Position numbers and translations under genes: made by a program. The notes beneath the pieces were generated by a model. That model worked only from the letters and a program-made list of their open reading frames with translations, had not been told where the DNA came from and searched no databases. From a virus (lineage: Duplodnaviria; Caudoviricetes), in the IMG/VR virus record IMGVR_UViG_3300048881_000780: a stretch of DNA of 64,000 nucleotides. The stretch is one strand, 5' to 3'. Below are positions 9,420 through 19,910 of this stretch, one piece after another; the stretch's first letter is position 1, and every line of letters begins with the position of its first letter.

Positions 9420-9644
9420 ATGCTAAAGTCAAAATCTCATAAGAAGGCGATTTCAGATAAAGAGGTCGCTCAAGCTCAATTACAAGAGCTAGAGGATAAA
9501 GTTAGGCGTCTGATTTGGAATATAGCAAACCAAAGAGAGAAAGTTCCTTCAAATCTTCTATCTCTTGTGAAAGATATTTATCCTACTAGATCAAGCGAAG
9601 AACAAAGAGTTATCGTAGAGGGTTTTATAACTAACTTAAAATAG
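9420..9644 (+). CDS. hypothetical protein
   Basis: ATG after GGGGAG. Confidence 0.55.
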   Translation: MLKSKSHKKAISDKEVAQAQLQELEDKVRRLIWNIANQREKVPSNLLSLVKDIYPTRSSEEQRVIVEGFITNLK

Positions 9645-9652
9645 GATTACTT

Positions 9653-10285
9653 ATGAATATTAAAACATTAATTAAAGACATTTCTCTATTTAACTTCAAT
9701 TACGATAAAAACACTCTAGATATAGATGCTTTTATGCATGAGGTATCAAATTTTTCTGACAAAATTAATCATAAAGACCAGTTTGGAACTTGTTTGATGG
9801 GAACATTAAACCTAGGTCTATTAAAGTATATCCACTCTCTAGGTGGCGACATTAATGCTACGACAAATACCAAGGGAATGATTATGTCCCTATTAGGGCA
9901 GTCTTTTTATTGGGGAAAACCCGATATCAGTGAATATCTTCTAAAAAATGGGGCCTTATTAGAAAATTCTAATGGCGACGGCAATGCTCTAACAGAGATG
10001 GCGGATACTATATGTCAAAATACTAAGTGCTTAGATGTTTTGAAGAAGTATAATGATCCTACCACTTGGATAAACGAGAAGTATATGTTTTGTAGAGAAG
10101 AGCAGGACTTACTATCAATATCAATTAATTCTGGAAATTATATTGTATCACTCTGGTTATTAAGAAATGGATTTAAAGTAAATAATCCTGCGTCAATTTT
10201 AAATAAACTTACAGGTTCTAGCTATCAATCTAATGAGTCTGGTTACGAAGATTTACTAAGTGAGCTTAAATCCCTAAGTCACTAA
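9653..10285 (+). CDS. ankyrin-repeat-like protein
   Basis: LKYIHSLGGDINA, EYLLKNGA, WLLRNGFKVN. Confidence 0.7.
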   Translation: MNIKTLIKDISLFNFNYDKNTLDIDAFMHEVSNFSDKINHKDQFGTCLMGTLNLGLLKYIHSLGGDINATTNTKGMIMSLLGQSFYWGKPDISEYLLKNGALLENSNGDGNALTEMADTICQNTKCLDVLKKYNDPTTWINEKYMFCREEQDLLSISINSGNYIVSLWLLRNGFKVNNPASILNKLTGSSYQSNESGYEDLLSELKSLSH

Positions 10286-11336
10286 AGTGATCTTTGTGTT
10301 TATCTAGGATATATAATTTTATGGCCATAAAAATATTGAGATCATCAATACTTTTAACTCTAATATGATCATCCAATTCAGATAAATCCCCTACTGTTTC
10401 TTCAAATATTTCGCGGGGAAAGTTACATAGTTTAACAAAGTTTTCCTCGGCCTTACCAAAGTCAAATTCATTTCCGTAAAAACAAGGACAATCTGGCGGG
10501 TCTATATTTTCGACTTCCTCATCTAGGTCATTCTTGTCAAATTGATAGAAGAATACGCCATTAATCTCTTGAGCTTTAAGGCTTTCTTTTATGTAACTAG
10601 TATACTCAGTAGAGAGCTCTCTCATTTTTTCACAAGCACTACGAAGACTCTCTCCTTTGTCTGAATTTCTCTCTAGATCCTCTTTTCTCTCCTCAAGTTC
10701 AGTTATTTCCTCATTTATCTCGTCTAATCTCTCTCTTACGTCTTCCTCCCCTCCGTAAGCGTCAATATTTGCATCAATATCATCGGATTCCTTTTCTAGC
10801 TCTTTTATCTCATCTTCAATATCTGAGATGGCCTCAGTTATTTTATCGATCTCCCTGTCAATATCTGGACAGGTATTGTGCGGGTAAGTTAATCCAAGTT
10901 TACTCGTTAGGGATTCAATTTGATAAATATCTTTAAATTCCTTAGTTTGTCTAAAAGGATTTTTCTCTATAATATTGGCGACTAAATCCAGTATTTCAAT
11001 ATTTCTTATGTTAAGATCTAATAGAAAGTATTCACAAACTTCAGGGATGTCGTCGTGATTCATATTATTAGTGTCTAGTTTATTAGTAGCACATTCTATA
11101 AACTCTGAAGAAGAGATTCCTTCTTTCATTGCCTCATAGAGTTCTCTATTTAATTTGTGATCATCAATAAAATCGTGAGAGATATAATCTTTTATCTCCT
11201 CGAAGATATCTTCTCCAAAGTAGTCTCTATTTTCATATAATTCACTAATTATATGGCCAAATAGCTTCATTGAGCACTTATCTAAAACTGTAATCATTGC
11301 TCCTAAGTGATTGGCCTTCTTTGTTAGATCTAGCAT
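10266..11336 (-). CDS. acidic coiled-coil hypothetical protein
   Basis: 356-aa ORF with heptad E/D-rich central segment. Confidence 0.7.
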   Translation of the reverse strand: MLDLTKKANHLGAMITVLDKCSMKLFGHIISELYENRDYFGEDIFEEIKDYISHDFIDDHKLNRELYEAMKEGISSSEFIECATNKLDTNNMNHDDIPEVCEYFLLDLNIRNIEILDLVANIIEKNPFRQTKEFKDIYQIESLTSKLGLTYPHNTCPDIDREIDKITEAISDIEDEIKELEKESDDIDANIDAYGGEEDVRERLDEINEEITELEERKEDLERNSDKGESLRSACEKMRELSTEYTSYIKESLKAQEINGVFFYQFDKNDLDEEVENIDPPDCPCFYGNEFDFGKAEENFVKLCNFPREIFEETVGDLSELDDHIRVKSIDDLNIFMAIKLYILDKHKDHFSDLGI

Positions 11337-11381
11337 TTTAACTCCTTGGATGTCTTATCGTAATTATATCTATCTACATTA

Positions 11382-11398
11382 TTGACACAACTCGTTAA
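11382..11398 (+). promoter_or_regulatory. palindrome whose left arm is the -35 TTGACA
   Basis: TTGACACAACTCGTTAA followed by TG-TACAAT. Confidence 0.75.
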
Positions 11399-11426
11399 CT
11401 ATTGTACAATAATTAAAGAGGTAATT

Positions 11427-11648
11427 ATGATCGACACTCAAAAAACTGTAAAAAATTTAAAAGAATATAAAGACTTACTTGAGATGGAGAAGTCTCAGTA
11501 TAAAAATACTCTTGAACACCGAATAAGAGAAAGTCACGGTAATGGCCTAGATCCAATGATGAAAAAGCGTGAAACTCAAATTGAAGATATTGAAAACTGT
11601 ATACTTTCAATATCTAATTTATATAGGAATTCAAATGGACAAATGTAA
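11427..11648 (+). CDS. hypothetical protein
   Basis: ATG after GAGG; the track's TTG start is the -35 box. Confidence 0.6.
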   Translation: MIDTQKTVKNLKEYKDLLEMEKSQYKNTLEHRIRESHGNGLDPMMKKRETQIEDIENCILSISNLYRNSNGQM

Positions 11649-12360
11649 TCACACTATTGCCTTTGAATATGGAGAAGAGTATGGATCGTCCACGGGTAGT
11701 ATTATTTCTCTATCCTATCTAGAAAGTGATCCAAATTATTTAAAAAATAATGTAAATAATATTCAAGAGTGCAACTTCTGTCCTCACTGTGGCGAAAAAT
11801 TAGAAGCTCTAATTAAAAAGACTATTAAAAAGTCTAAATCTAGAATTAAAAAAGAAAAAGAAGAGAAGGAAAGAAAGCTGAAAGCTAAAAAAGAAGCGTT
11901 CGCTAAGAAAGTCTCTGATTTTTCTGAACGTCTAAAGTTTAACAAGTTAACTGAAGACGCTTCATACCATGTTATATTTTTTAACGACGGAAACAAAAGA
12001 ATAACGATCGGACAACCAGATTTTTTAGCCAGGTCAATTATTAACGACTTTGAAATTAGAGGAAGAAAAGTTCCTGATCACTTTAAAGTCGACAAGATTA
12101 TTAAGTGCCCGACCTTTGAAGTATTTCAAGAATCTTGTGAAAAAATGGGTTGGGAAAGAAAGAAAAGAGCAATGGTTAAGAAGACCTCAAAGTACACAAC
12201 AACTGAGCTTGAGTATCACTACAATGATGGAATAGTTTACGTTACTGAGATATACGAAGATAGTGATGGTGACATTAATAAATCATACGATAGGGCCAGT
12301 GTTATTACTATCTGTCATGAATATTCGATTGATATAGATATTGAGGTAATTGACTTATAA
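11635..12360 (+). CDS. hypothetical protein with zinc-ribbon motif
   Basis: CNH...FCPHCGEKL. Confidence 0.65.
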   Translation: MDKCNHTIAFEYGEEYGSSTGSIISLSYLESDPNYLKNNVNNIQECNFCPHCGEKLEALIKKTIKKSKSRIKKEKEEKERKLKAKKEAFAKKVSDFSERLKFNKLTEDASYHVIFFNDGNKRITIGQPDFLARSIINDFEIRGRKVPDHFKVDKIIKCPTFEVFQESCEKMGWERKKRAMVKKTSKYTTTELEYHYNDGIVYVTEIYEDSDGDINKSYDRASVITICHEYSIDIDIEVIDL

Positions 12361-12446
12361 AAACGTTACTTTAACAATCTCCTAGAGACTTCCTTAACTC
12401 CAAATACAAGACAATCCTTTGCTTATTGATTTTGAAAGAAATATTT

Positions 12447-12491
12447 TATCCCCAAAATGGGATAAAATTAAGATATCCCAATAAGGGGATA
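12447..12491. promoter_or_regulatory. two inverted repeats TATCCC-N6-GGGATA upstream of NTase/HTH pair 1
   Basis: Copies start at 12447 and 12474; TGCTATAAT extended -10 near 12537. Confidence 0.6.
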
Positions 12492-12551
12492 AATCTCTAT
12501 ATAATTTAATAATATATATAATTTTTCTATACACCATGCTATAATATCTTT

Positions 12552-13094
12552 ATGAGAAAGGTAGTGTCGGGATTGGCGTCCTTAAATAAATGGCTAAATA
12601 CTAATAACTTAAAGATAGATCTTTTTATTATAGGTAGCTACGCTCTCCATCTACAAGGTGTACAAATAGAGAGGGAAACTGATATCGATCCAGTCAACGC
12701 CATAAATGATGAAGATATCGAAAATGAAATCCATAAAATATCACAAGAATTGGGTTATCAGTGGTTTGATCTAGGAGCGTCAAGTATTATCCTTCCGGAT
12801 GGGTACGAAGATAGACTTGAACTAAAGGAAACTCTCACAAATATAAATATTTACACTCTAAGTTTAAAAGACTTAACCATCCTTAAAGTCGCGGCCTACT
12901 TTCATCGAAAAGAACAGGGAATCATTAGAGACTTAGAAGACCTTATTCATATTGACCCATCAATGACAGATGTAAATCAGGCCTTTGATTTTATTTTGGA
13001 TAAGCATGGGGATAATCTCCCCGATCGATTCAAACAAAATCTAGCCGAAGACTTGGAGGAATTAAGAGATGAACTCTCTAACTACTTTAAATAA
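12552..13094 (+). CDS. DUF6036-like nucleotidyltransferase (pair 1)
   Basis: IIGSYAL...RETDID Pol-beta-type NTase motif; LKVAA..R...RDLEDL. Confidence 0.75.
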   Translation: MRKVVSGLASLNKWLNTNNLKIDLFIIGSYALHLQGVQIERETDIDPVNAINDEDIENEIHKISQELGYQWFDLGASSIILPDGYEDRLELKETLTNINIYTLSLKDLTILKVAAYFHRKEQGIIRDLEDLIHIDPSMTDVNQAFDFILDKHGDNLPDRFKQNLAEDLEELRDELSNYFK

Positions 13095-13767
13095 CCAGGA
13101 GGATGTTGCTTGGCACTTAAGCTCCCTTGGAATGCTGATTTCTACAACTGTTGAGAGAGATAGAAATTATATTGATTTAGAAATGTTTCTCATTAAGTCC
13201 ACTAAGTTTCTGTTTAACGATCTTAGATTATCAAGATCTATGGAGTATTGGTGTTTGGCCTATGGGAGGTTTCTATCGTTTAAGAAACTAAACCAATATC
13301 TATCTAATATTGACTCCCGTCATTATGATAGCGCCGTACTGGGAGCACTCTTGTCGATAGCTGACTCAAAATTTCCAGAAAAAGGAAAATTCTCTAAGCT
13401 GTCAAAATTTTGTTCTTCAAATGAAGTGCCTGTGAAGTTATCTAAATTATTTTCAAGTAAGAAGAAGTCTGACCCAAGGTGGCTTAAGTATGGAGTCATT
13501 GCTCCCATATTTATTGCAAATGAGATAGAGAATAATCTCTGTTATAAATCATACCTAGTAAAAAATGTTCCTGAAATCTATTATAGAATAATTGGACTCC
13601 CAAGTGCTATCGCAGATATTAAGTCAATTCTAAGATTCAACAAAGAGATCTCTATATATAAGCTGGCGAAAATGGCCAACTTAACTTATGCTACAGCATT
13701 TAATCACATGAAGAATTACGAACTAGTGGATATTAAACCTAATAATAAAGAGTTCATTAGAGTGTAG
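13069..13767 (+). CDS. NTase-associated protein with C-terminal HTH (pair 1)
   Basis: ADIKSIL...SIYKLAKMANLTYATAF; homologous to 18503-19198 and 41745-42404. Confidence 0.65.
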   Translation: MNSLTTLNNQEDVAWHLSSLGMLISTTVERDRNYIDLEMFLIKSTKFLFNDLRLSRSMEYWCLAYGRFLSFKKLNQYLSNIDSRHYDSAVLGALLSIADSKFPEKGKFSKLSKFCSSNEVPVKLSKLFSSKKKSDPRWLKYGVIAPIFIANEIENNLCYKSYLVKNVPEIYYRIIGLPSAIADIKSILRFNKEISIYKLAKMANLTYATAFNHMKNYELVDIKPNNKEFIRV

Positions 13768-14040
13768 TTATTTTAAACATCGTTATCTTTTAGACATTGT
13801 AAGTAGCTAGAAATTCGACAGATTAGTGGTTTAGACAGCATTCTATTCTACTGTATCTTTTGCAGTGCCTCAGTGTGAAAGATTTGGAGGCTGTGTGGAC
13901 ACACCCGCTTCCAATATAGAGGTTGTTGTTTCTATTATTTGGATTAGTTATATTGTAATCAAATTGATTCTAGATACAATAAAGGCAAAGAACTAAAAAC
14001 GAGACTTAAGATATAATTGATTAAGTATTTCGAGAAGGTC

Positions 14041-14268
14041 CTAAAACTCTCCAGAATGTTTAATTTTAATTCTCTGGAGTACTTCATTTAAAGAAGAAAT
14101 ATTAGTAGATCCGCCATTTTTTACTTTTCCATTAGATTTAATCTTCTTCTTTATTCTAGTTTGATCAATGTGAAATAACTCTACCCCATCTCCCTCTTCC
14201 GCTGGTGTTGTGCTTGGGGAAATATAGCGCCCCTCTTTTAACCATTGCTTCTTAGTTTTAAGAGTCAT
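14041..14268 (-). CDS. hypothetical protein
   Basis: LKTKKQWLKEGR; coupled to the upstream ORF. Confidence 0.55.
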   Translation of the reverse strand: MTLKTKKQWLKEGRYISPSTTPAEEGDGVELFHIDQTRIKKKIKSNGKVKNGGSTNISSLNEVLQRIKIKHSGEF

Positions 14269-14599
14269 CTTGCTCTCCCGTGTAACTATATACTGGTTCT
14301 TTATTTACGTAAGAATACATTTCCTCTTTATTTAAAAAGATTTTCATAATAAGAGTGTTCTTTGACTTATTGACCATTGTATAGAAATTAGCGAAAGGTA
14401 GCTCTAGAACACCTAAATCCATTTCATTAAACTCGTACTCAAAGTGTAAGTTAGTATAATCGTCACCGCCACTTTCATAGAATATGACATTATAAGCAAG
14501 GTATGGTAGATCTAAAACTAGAGTATAGACACTATCACTCTCTTTGTAGAGTTTGATATCTTTGATTTCCTTTCTTCCTTTTTTATAATTAAGCTTCAT
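14258..14599 (-). CDS. hypothetical protein
   Basis: Overlapping operon member. Confidence 0.6.
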   Translation of the reverse strand: MKLNYKKGRKEIKDIKLYKESDSVYTLVLDLPYLAYNVIFYESGGDDYTNLHFEYEFNEMDLGVLELPFANFYTMVNKSKNTLIMKIFLNKEEMYSYVNKEPVYSYTGEQDDS

Positions 14600-14960
14600 T
14601 ACAATTCACCTGTGATAGTAACTCTTTTAGTCTCTTGTATAATTTTGGGGCCTTTTTTTTGGTACGCTCTTCCTCGTACAATCCTTCTAATTCACTCCAA
14701 TTTTCAATAAGGATACTCCACTTCTTACTTACGCTCTTTAAACAATTGATCTTTTCCTTTAGTTCAGGAAGATGCTGATTTACTAGGCGATAACATCTTC
14801 CAAAATCAGATGGATCCACTGGATAAGGTTGGTACTCCACATCTTTTGTAGATGGAATATTTAAAATCTTTTTGATCATCACTTTTGACGAGGCCCCGGC
14901 CTCTCTGGAATCCATCCAAGCGATGGCCTTTTTAAGTGTAACTACTTCTGAATTTTGCAT
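14589..14960 (-). CDS. conserved phage-type hypothetical protein
   Basis: GASSK...PYPVDPSDFGRCYRL motif. Confidence 0.65.
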   Translation of the reverse strand: MQNSEVVTLKKAIAWMDSREAGASSKVMIKKILNIPSTKDVEYQPYPVDPSDFGRCYRLVNQHLPELKEKINCLKSVSKKWSILIENWSELEGLYEEERTKKKAPKLYKRLKELLSQVNCNEA

Positions 14961-15168
14961 AATATCTCCAATTTACTTAATCACCTTTTTGATCTCTTCT
15001 CTAAAGAACTCGCAACGCTCTGGGATATACCCCAGAGTTTCACTGAGAGTCTTTTTTTAACTTCTCTATCTCTTGCTTTTGTTTGTAGATGATTTTGTCC
15101 TTTTCCTCACAAGAGTTATTAAGTCTTTGAATGTGTTCTTGCATATTGTAAGTCATTTAAAATCTCTC

Positions 15169-15981
15169 CTAGGCGCAAAGTGCCACTAAATCAGGCACTT
15201 GGGCTGTAGATGAAAACTCGAGGTACTCATCCATGTACTTTGGGTATTTAGCTCCCTTTACTTGCTTTAATCTAAGAGTCTTTTTAAGATCTCTCTCTAA
15301 GTTGGCCATCTTCTTTCCAAGCTCTGGACGAAGTTTGGCCGCGTTCTTATGTTCAGAGATCCTGCCATTTACACAGAATACACATGAGAGCCTAGAGAAC
15401 CCAAGTGAGTAGACGTGATGAGGAGCTTGTCCAGCATTTTTAATCTCACTGAAGACTTCCTCAGTGTTATATTCAAAGATTGGTAACCAATCATAGATTG
15501 TGTGAGTTGGGTGCTTTTTGGTCATATGCATCCCAGAAGTTCCCTTTCCCTTACTTAAAGTAAATGGTTCCTTTAACATTCTTCTTTTGGATTCATCAGC
15601 TCTCATTCCTGTGGCATTAATGGCCGTCTCTAAGTTGTTTTCATACATATAATTATGAATAAACTCTTTGATTGGTTGAGTCTTTAAAAAATCTGTACAA
15701 AACTGGTGTTGACCACTAGGAAGTCTTCCGTATTTTCTTGCTAACTGAAAAAAGTCTAATTCCGCCTCTACGACGTGAACAGGTAGACCAAAGCTATTTT
15801 CTTCGATCCATGGTTTCATCTCTTCCCACTCCATTTCCCCAAGATCAGCATGTACCAGAACAATTTTCTCTTTGAGCCCAAGTCTAACCAGCTTTGCTAG
15901 CATGGCCTGAGAATCTTTTCCACCAGAGTGTGAAACGAAAATTACATCTGCATTTGAAATTTCTTCATTAAGTTTTATCAT
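15169..15981 (-). CDS. PAPS reductase-family protein (copy 1)
   Basis: SHSGGKDS PP-loop, CTDFLK, GMRADES.RR, RLSCVFC. Confidence 0.85.
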   Translation of the reverse strand: MIKLNEEISNADVIFVSHSGGKDSQAMLAKLVRLGLKEKIVLVHADLGEMEWEEMKPWIEENSFGLPVHVVEAELDFFQLARKYGRLPSGQHQFCTDFLKTQPIKEFIHNYMYENNLETAINATGMRADESKRRMLKEPFTLSKGKGTSGMHMTKKHPTHTIYDWLPIFEYNTEEVFSEIKNAGQAPHHVYSLGFSRLSCVFCVNGRISEHKNAAKLRPELGKKMANLERDLKKTLRLKQVKGAKYPKYMDEYLEFSSTAQVPDLVALCA

Positions 15982-16060
15982 AAATCCCCCTTCCTTAACC
16001 CTAACACGTTGTGTCATAAAAATAAATAAGAATTTATAAATAAAAAACTTCTTTACAATA

Positions 16061-16077
16061 TTGACGCATCATGTTAA
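16061..16077 (+). promoter_or_regulatory. palindrome/-35 (a degenerate partner lies at 16001-16017)
   Basis: TTGACGCATCATGTTAA. Confidence 0.7.
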
Positions 16078-16108
16078 TATTTATGTACACAACACAGGGA
16101 GACTATAT

Positions 16109-16333
16109 ATGAAAAAGACATTAATCATTATTTCACTATTTCTTAATTGTAATAATATTATTGCTCAAGAAGTCGTATCAAATAACTGTAGCGTTATAAC
16201 TGTTAAAAAGGTTCCATATAAAGAAGTTTTAAAAAGGAGAAAATTTATTCCATCGGAATATATTCAATTTGAAAATAGCCATCAAGAAGTAAATTACTTC
16301 GTCTTTGAGTCAAAGAATAAGCCACTATATTAA
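16109..16333 (+). CDS. small secreted hypothetical protein
   Basis: MKKTLIIISLF signal-like N-terminus after GGGAG. Confidence 0.5.
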   Translation: MKKTLIIISLFLNCNNIIAQEVVSNNCSVITVKKVPYKEVLKRRKFIPSEYIQFENSHQEVNYFVFESKNKPLY

Positions 16334-16347
16334 TTTAGGAGAAGTTT

Positions 16348-16653
16348 ATGATTGTTGAATTATCAAATGCTGTTAAATCTATTTGTGAGAAAATTGAACA
16401 CTTTATATCACCAATAAAAAGTTTTGGAACCTGTCATGCTGTATTTGTTGGCGATAGTTATTTTTTTGAAACAATGAAGGTAGTCGATGGCCTTGGCAAT
16501 TGCGGAAATATCTCATTAGATAATAAAGGACTATACGTCTACCGTGATAGCGATCAAATATCAATTAATGAAAAAAATGGAGATAGGGAATATCTAAGAC
16601 CCCACGTACAAAAGCTTTATAAAGACTTTAAAGAGTCATCAAAGCTACATTAG
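16348..16653 (+). CDS. hypothetical protein
   Basis: AGGAG RBS. Confidence 0.6.
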   Translation: MIVELSNAVKSICEKIEHFISPIKSFGTCHAVFVGDSYFFETMKVVDGLGNCGNISLDNKGLYVYRDSDQISINEKNGDREYLRPHVQKLYKDFKESSKLH

Positions 16654-16662
16654 GATTATTTT

Positions 16663-16890
16663 GTGCAAAGATCTAAAATATCTCTAGAAGATGCCATTGA
16701 CCATTTCTTTACTAGCTCTGAGATCATTAAACTTCTAAGAGACTATCGTGATATTAGAGCTGGTAATGGCCCTCATACGTCACCTTTTTATCAACTGGTG
16801 ACACATCTTGAGGAAGCTGGATTTGGTAATCAAAGTAGAAATTTAGCTGAGTCTCTTGTGATTGACTACGTATTTAATAGATATATCTAG
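16663..16890 (+). CDS. hypothetical protein
   Basis: GTG start, AGGA RBS. Confidence 0.55.
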   Translation: MQRSKISLEDAIDHFFTSSEIIKLLRDYRDIRAGNGPHTSPFYQLVTHLEEAGFGNQSRNLAESLVIDYVFNRYI

Positions 16891-16936
16891 AGATAATTTT
16901 TACGATAAGTAGTTTAAATATAGAATTGGAGAAATT

Positions 16937-17491
16937 ATGGGTTGGTGGTCAGAAGTTATTATAGGAGGAGATCGTCCTCTAGATTGTAGAGCGATTCTAT
17001 TAGAGAAAATGGGTGTTCCTCACTACGAAGAGAATTCATCAGATAAAGTTAAAAAGGCGCTAAATAGCAGTTTAGATTCTATTGATCATATGTGCTATGA
17101 ACTTTTAGAGAGAGGGTATGATTCTATCTCTTACCAAGTGATTGGTGTTATGATTATGGAGTCAGGTGCCAATTTTCCAGAAAGTTTAAAATCAAAAGTT
17201 ATTAAAATGACGAAAATTGATGAATGGTATAGAGAAGGTGACGAGAAAAGAGTTTTCTTTATTGAAGAATTTATAAAACAAATTGAAGAGTATGACGGAA
17301 CTGCTGTAGAAGTGGCCACAGAATCTCTTTATGAAGTCTTTTTAAAAAAGAGAACAGAAAAACAAGATGAATTCATTCGCTCTCGCACTTACATTAATGG
17401 CGCTGAGTTTAAAGACTATAAAGCTGGATTAACTGACCCAGAAGTACTATTAGATGCCGATGATTTAATCGAGTTTCAAAAAATCAAGTAG
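16937..17491 (+). CDS. hypothetical protein
   Basis: MGWWSE..GGD N-terminus; GGAG RBS. Confidence 0.65.
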   Translation: MGWWSEVIIGGDRPLDCRAILLEKMGVPHYEENSSDKVKKALNSSLDSIDHMCYELLERGYDSISYQVIGVMIMESGANFPESLKSKVIKMTKIDEWYREGDEKRVFFIEEFIKQIEEYDGTAVEVATESLYEVFLKKRTEKQDEFIRSRTYINGAEFKDYKAGLTDPEVLLDADDLIEFQKIK

Positions 17492-17588
17492 GTTAAAGAC
17501 GAATCCAGTATATGAAATCCCCGAGGGAATAAAAGAGATATTTGATGAAAGAGATGCCCTTTATAAAATAATAGACTATAGCTTTGAG

Positions 17589-17912
17589 ATGGATAATATT
17601 GAAGCTATGGACTGCTTCTTAAGTGAATCCCAAATCCATGAGTCTCATGTACTACTAAATGATGGTACTCAGGTCTCTCTATTTTTACCTGGGTATCGTT
17701 ACTATATTGTCATAGATTCCAGTGGCCTTGGTGATACATTCTCTCATCAATTTGAAGTTACTCGCATTCCTCTAACTGGCTTAATAAAACAGGCCAGAGA
17801 TAAGAATCAATCCATTGGAGCATCAAGCATCTCAAGTTCTCTAGAGCAAGAAATTGAGTCGCTTAGTGGTGACCAAGTCAGAGAAATATTTAATTTTGTC
17901 TTCTTTAATTAA
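17589..17912 (+). CDS. hypothetical protein
   Basis: Open ORF, start uncertain. Confidence 0.5.
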   Translation: MDNIEAMDCFLSESQIHESHVLLNDGTQVSLFLPGYRYYIVIDSSGLGDTFSHQFEVTRIPLTGLIKQARDKNQSIGASSISSSLEQEIESLSGDQVREIFNFVFFN

Positions 17913-17972
17913 CAACTTAGCTCTTTAGTTGTATTTTCTTACCATAATAGTATAATACTATAGAGGTAAATA

Positions 17973-18500
17973 ATGGATATTAAAAGAGCTCTTGAAGCAT
18001 TAGATTTTTACTTACTTAACGATGAGTCTAGTCAAAATTATCACTTAGTTATTGGTGGTGGCGCCGCCATGAATCTATTAAATATCTCTCATCGAGAAAC
18101 GGAAGATATCGATGTCTTTACACCAAGAATCCTTGGATCTCTTAAGGAAGCAACTAAAGCTGTAGCAAGTAAATTATCAATTGAAGACGACTGGTTAAAT
18201 AATGGCATCAACTTCTTTAAGGAAGCTCTTTTGCCAGGTTGGTCAGATAGGTTGGAAACTGTTTACACAGGTGAAAAAATTAAAGTATCCTCTGTATCTC
18301 GAATAGATTTAATTTCTCTTAAATTCATTTCTGAAATTCATCGTGAATCTGATATTATGGATATTAAAAAACTGTGCCCCACTATTGAAGAGCTAACTCA
18401 AGTGGCCAATTATGTTAAAAAGTACCAATTACATTTAGTAAATGATCGAATATGGCACAAGGAAGTTGATCATCTAGTTTCTAGAATCACCAAGGAATAG
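17973..18500 (+). CDS. DUF6036-like nucleotidyltransferase (pair 2)
   Basis: IGGGAAM...RETEDIDV...DWLNNG...LPGWSDR...DIMDI. Confidence 0.85.
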   Translation: MDIKRALEALDFYLLNDESSQNYHLVIGGGAAMNLLNISHRETEDIDVFTPRILGSLKEATKAVASKLSIEDDWLNNGINFFKEALLPGWSDRLETVYTGEKIKVSSVSRIDLISLKFISEIHRESDIMDIKKLCPTIEELTQVANYVKKYQLHLVNDRIWHKEVDHLVSRITKE

Positions 18501-18502
18501 TT

Positions 18503-19198
18503 GTGAACGAAAGATCTCTAGAAAAGAAGTGGCGAACACTTGGTATCTCTTATCGCTTTAGAGATGAAAGTAGTGATATTTTCTACTTACCTGAGGATAT
18601 ATTAATTGCTAGTTGTAATTATGATTCCATCAAAGAAAATAAAACTTTCATATCTCATCTACTTATGTGGGTTGCTGATTATAATAAGTTAATCCATGTG
18701 GATCTAATAAAGAAGAAATTCCAAAATCTAACTCCTCTTGGGGTAGTTATTTTATGGAGAGTAATAAAAGAAATTCAAGATCATGAGTTCGATTCTAGGT
18801 GGAATGTTATTTTAAAGATGTGTGAACAATCAATGAATGATAATGACTTATCTAACTTGTCTTTAAGTAGAGATTCTAAACGAGGTTTTAAAGGGGAAGA
18901 TTCTCACTTATCAACTTTGGGAGTCTATTCAATACCTCTTACCCCTACTCATAAGAAGAAAATTTATAAGAGAGAGAGGGTTTTAGGGAGTAATATCTGG
19001 CTAAGAAATAGAGTCTTGTTTGGTACTAATTTAAGGGCAGATATCTTCACTATAATTGAAAATGAGATCTGCTCAAGTCCCTATCAGTGCTCTAAATATC
19101 TAGATATATCTCTTAAGACCGCCTACCAACACTGGAATAGCATTAAAGAATTTCAATCTCTAGAAATTAATAAAGATTACGAAAATATCGAATTTTAA
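18503..19198 (+). CDS. NTase-associated protein with C-terminal HTH (pair 2)
   Basis: WLRNRVLFGTNLRADI...SPYQCSKYLDISLKTAY. Confidence 0.7.
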   Translation: MNERSLEKKWRTLGISYRFRDESSDIFYLPEDILIASCNYDSIKENKTFISHLLMWVADYNKLIHVDLIKKKFQNLTPLGVVILWRVIKEIQDHEFDSRWNVILKMCEQSMNDNDLSNLSLSRDSKRGFKGEDSHLSTLGVYSIPLTPTHKKKIYKRERVLGSNIWLRNRVLFGTNLRADIFTIIENEICSSPYQCSKYLDISLKTAYQHWNSIKEFQSLEINKDYENIEF

Positions 19199-19266
19199 AT
19201 GTTCATATATGTTGCATTAACCCCCGATATCTACGATAAATGATCATATATGATCATTAAATAATT

Positions 19267-19357
19267 TATATCTTCAATATATTGTATATTAAATAACATC
19301 TATATCTTCAATATATTGTATATTAAATAACATCTGTATCTTCAATATATTGTATAT
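19267..19357. repeat. 34-bp tandem repeat, about 2.7 copies
   Basis: TATATCTTCAATATATTGTATATTAAATAACATC at 19267, 19301 and partial at 19335. Confidence 0.9.
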
Positions 19358-19382
19358 ATCCCCTCATTAAATAACTTAAATA

Positions 19383-19399
19383 TTGACACATCATGTTAA
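19383..19399 (+). promoter_or_regulatory. palindrome/-35
   Basis: TTGACACATCATGTTAA. Confidence 0.75.
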
Positions 19400-19433
19400 A
19401 AAGATTAAGATAGAGGTAACACCGGGGATAATT

Positions 19434-19910
19434 ATGACAGATTTACTAGATTCGATATATTTCTATTTAACACTAAGGGAGCAAGGTTCTGTTGTTCATG
19501 CTGTTGCGTTTGGGTTTCTCTTGACTGGAATAGGGGCCTCGATAATATCTTATAACCATGATTACGATGGGGTACATGGGAGAACTTTAACTTTCATCAC
19601 GACTATACTTACTGGTTTAATTGTACTGACTCTAGTATCTGGACTTCACAAACCAGAGGCTCCTTATTGTCTAAGTAAAAAGATTGATCTTTTAAACAAT
19701 ATTGTTTCAAATGAGTCAAGAAATACGATCATAGATTTCTCTAAGTATTCAGCTGACTACCCTCACTATGACCTAAAAACTAAAAAGTTCTCACGTCTAA
19801 ATTATAAAAAGTTAGAGTTAGTAAAGTGTTCAGAAAGCGAGAAGTTTTTAATTGGTGAAATTTCTAGAAAATTTGAGAGTTCTCATTTTTACGATGGGAA
19901 ACCTATATGA
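19434..19910 (+). CDS. 2-TM membrane protein, IDFSKY family
   Basis: PYCLSK..IDFSKY..YPHYDLKTKKF..LVKCS. Confidence 0.7.
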   Translation: MTDLLDSIYFYLTLREQGSVVHAVAFGFLLTGIGASIISYNHDYDGVHGRTLTFITTILTGLIVLTLVSGLHKPEAPYCLSKKIDLLNNIVSNESRNTIIDFSKYSADYPHYDLKTKKFSRLNYKKLELVKCSESEKFLIGEISRKFESSHFYDGKPI

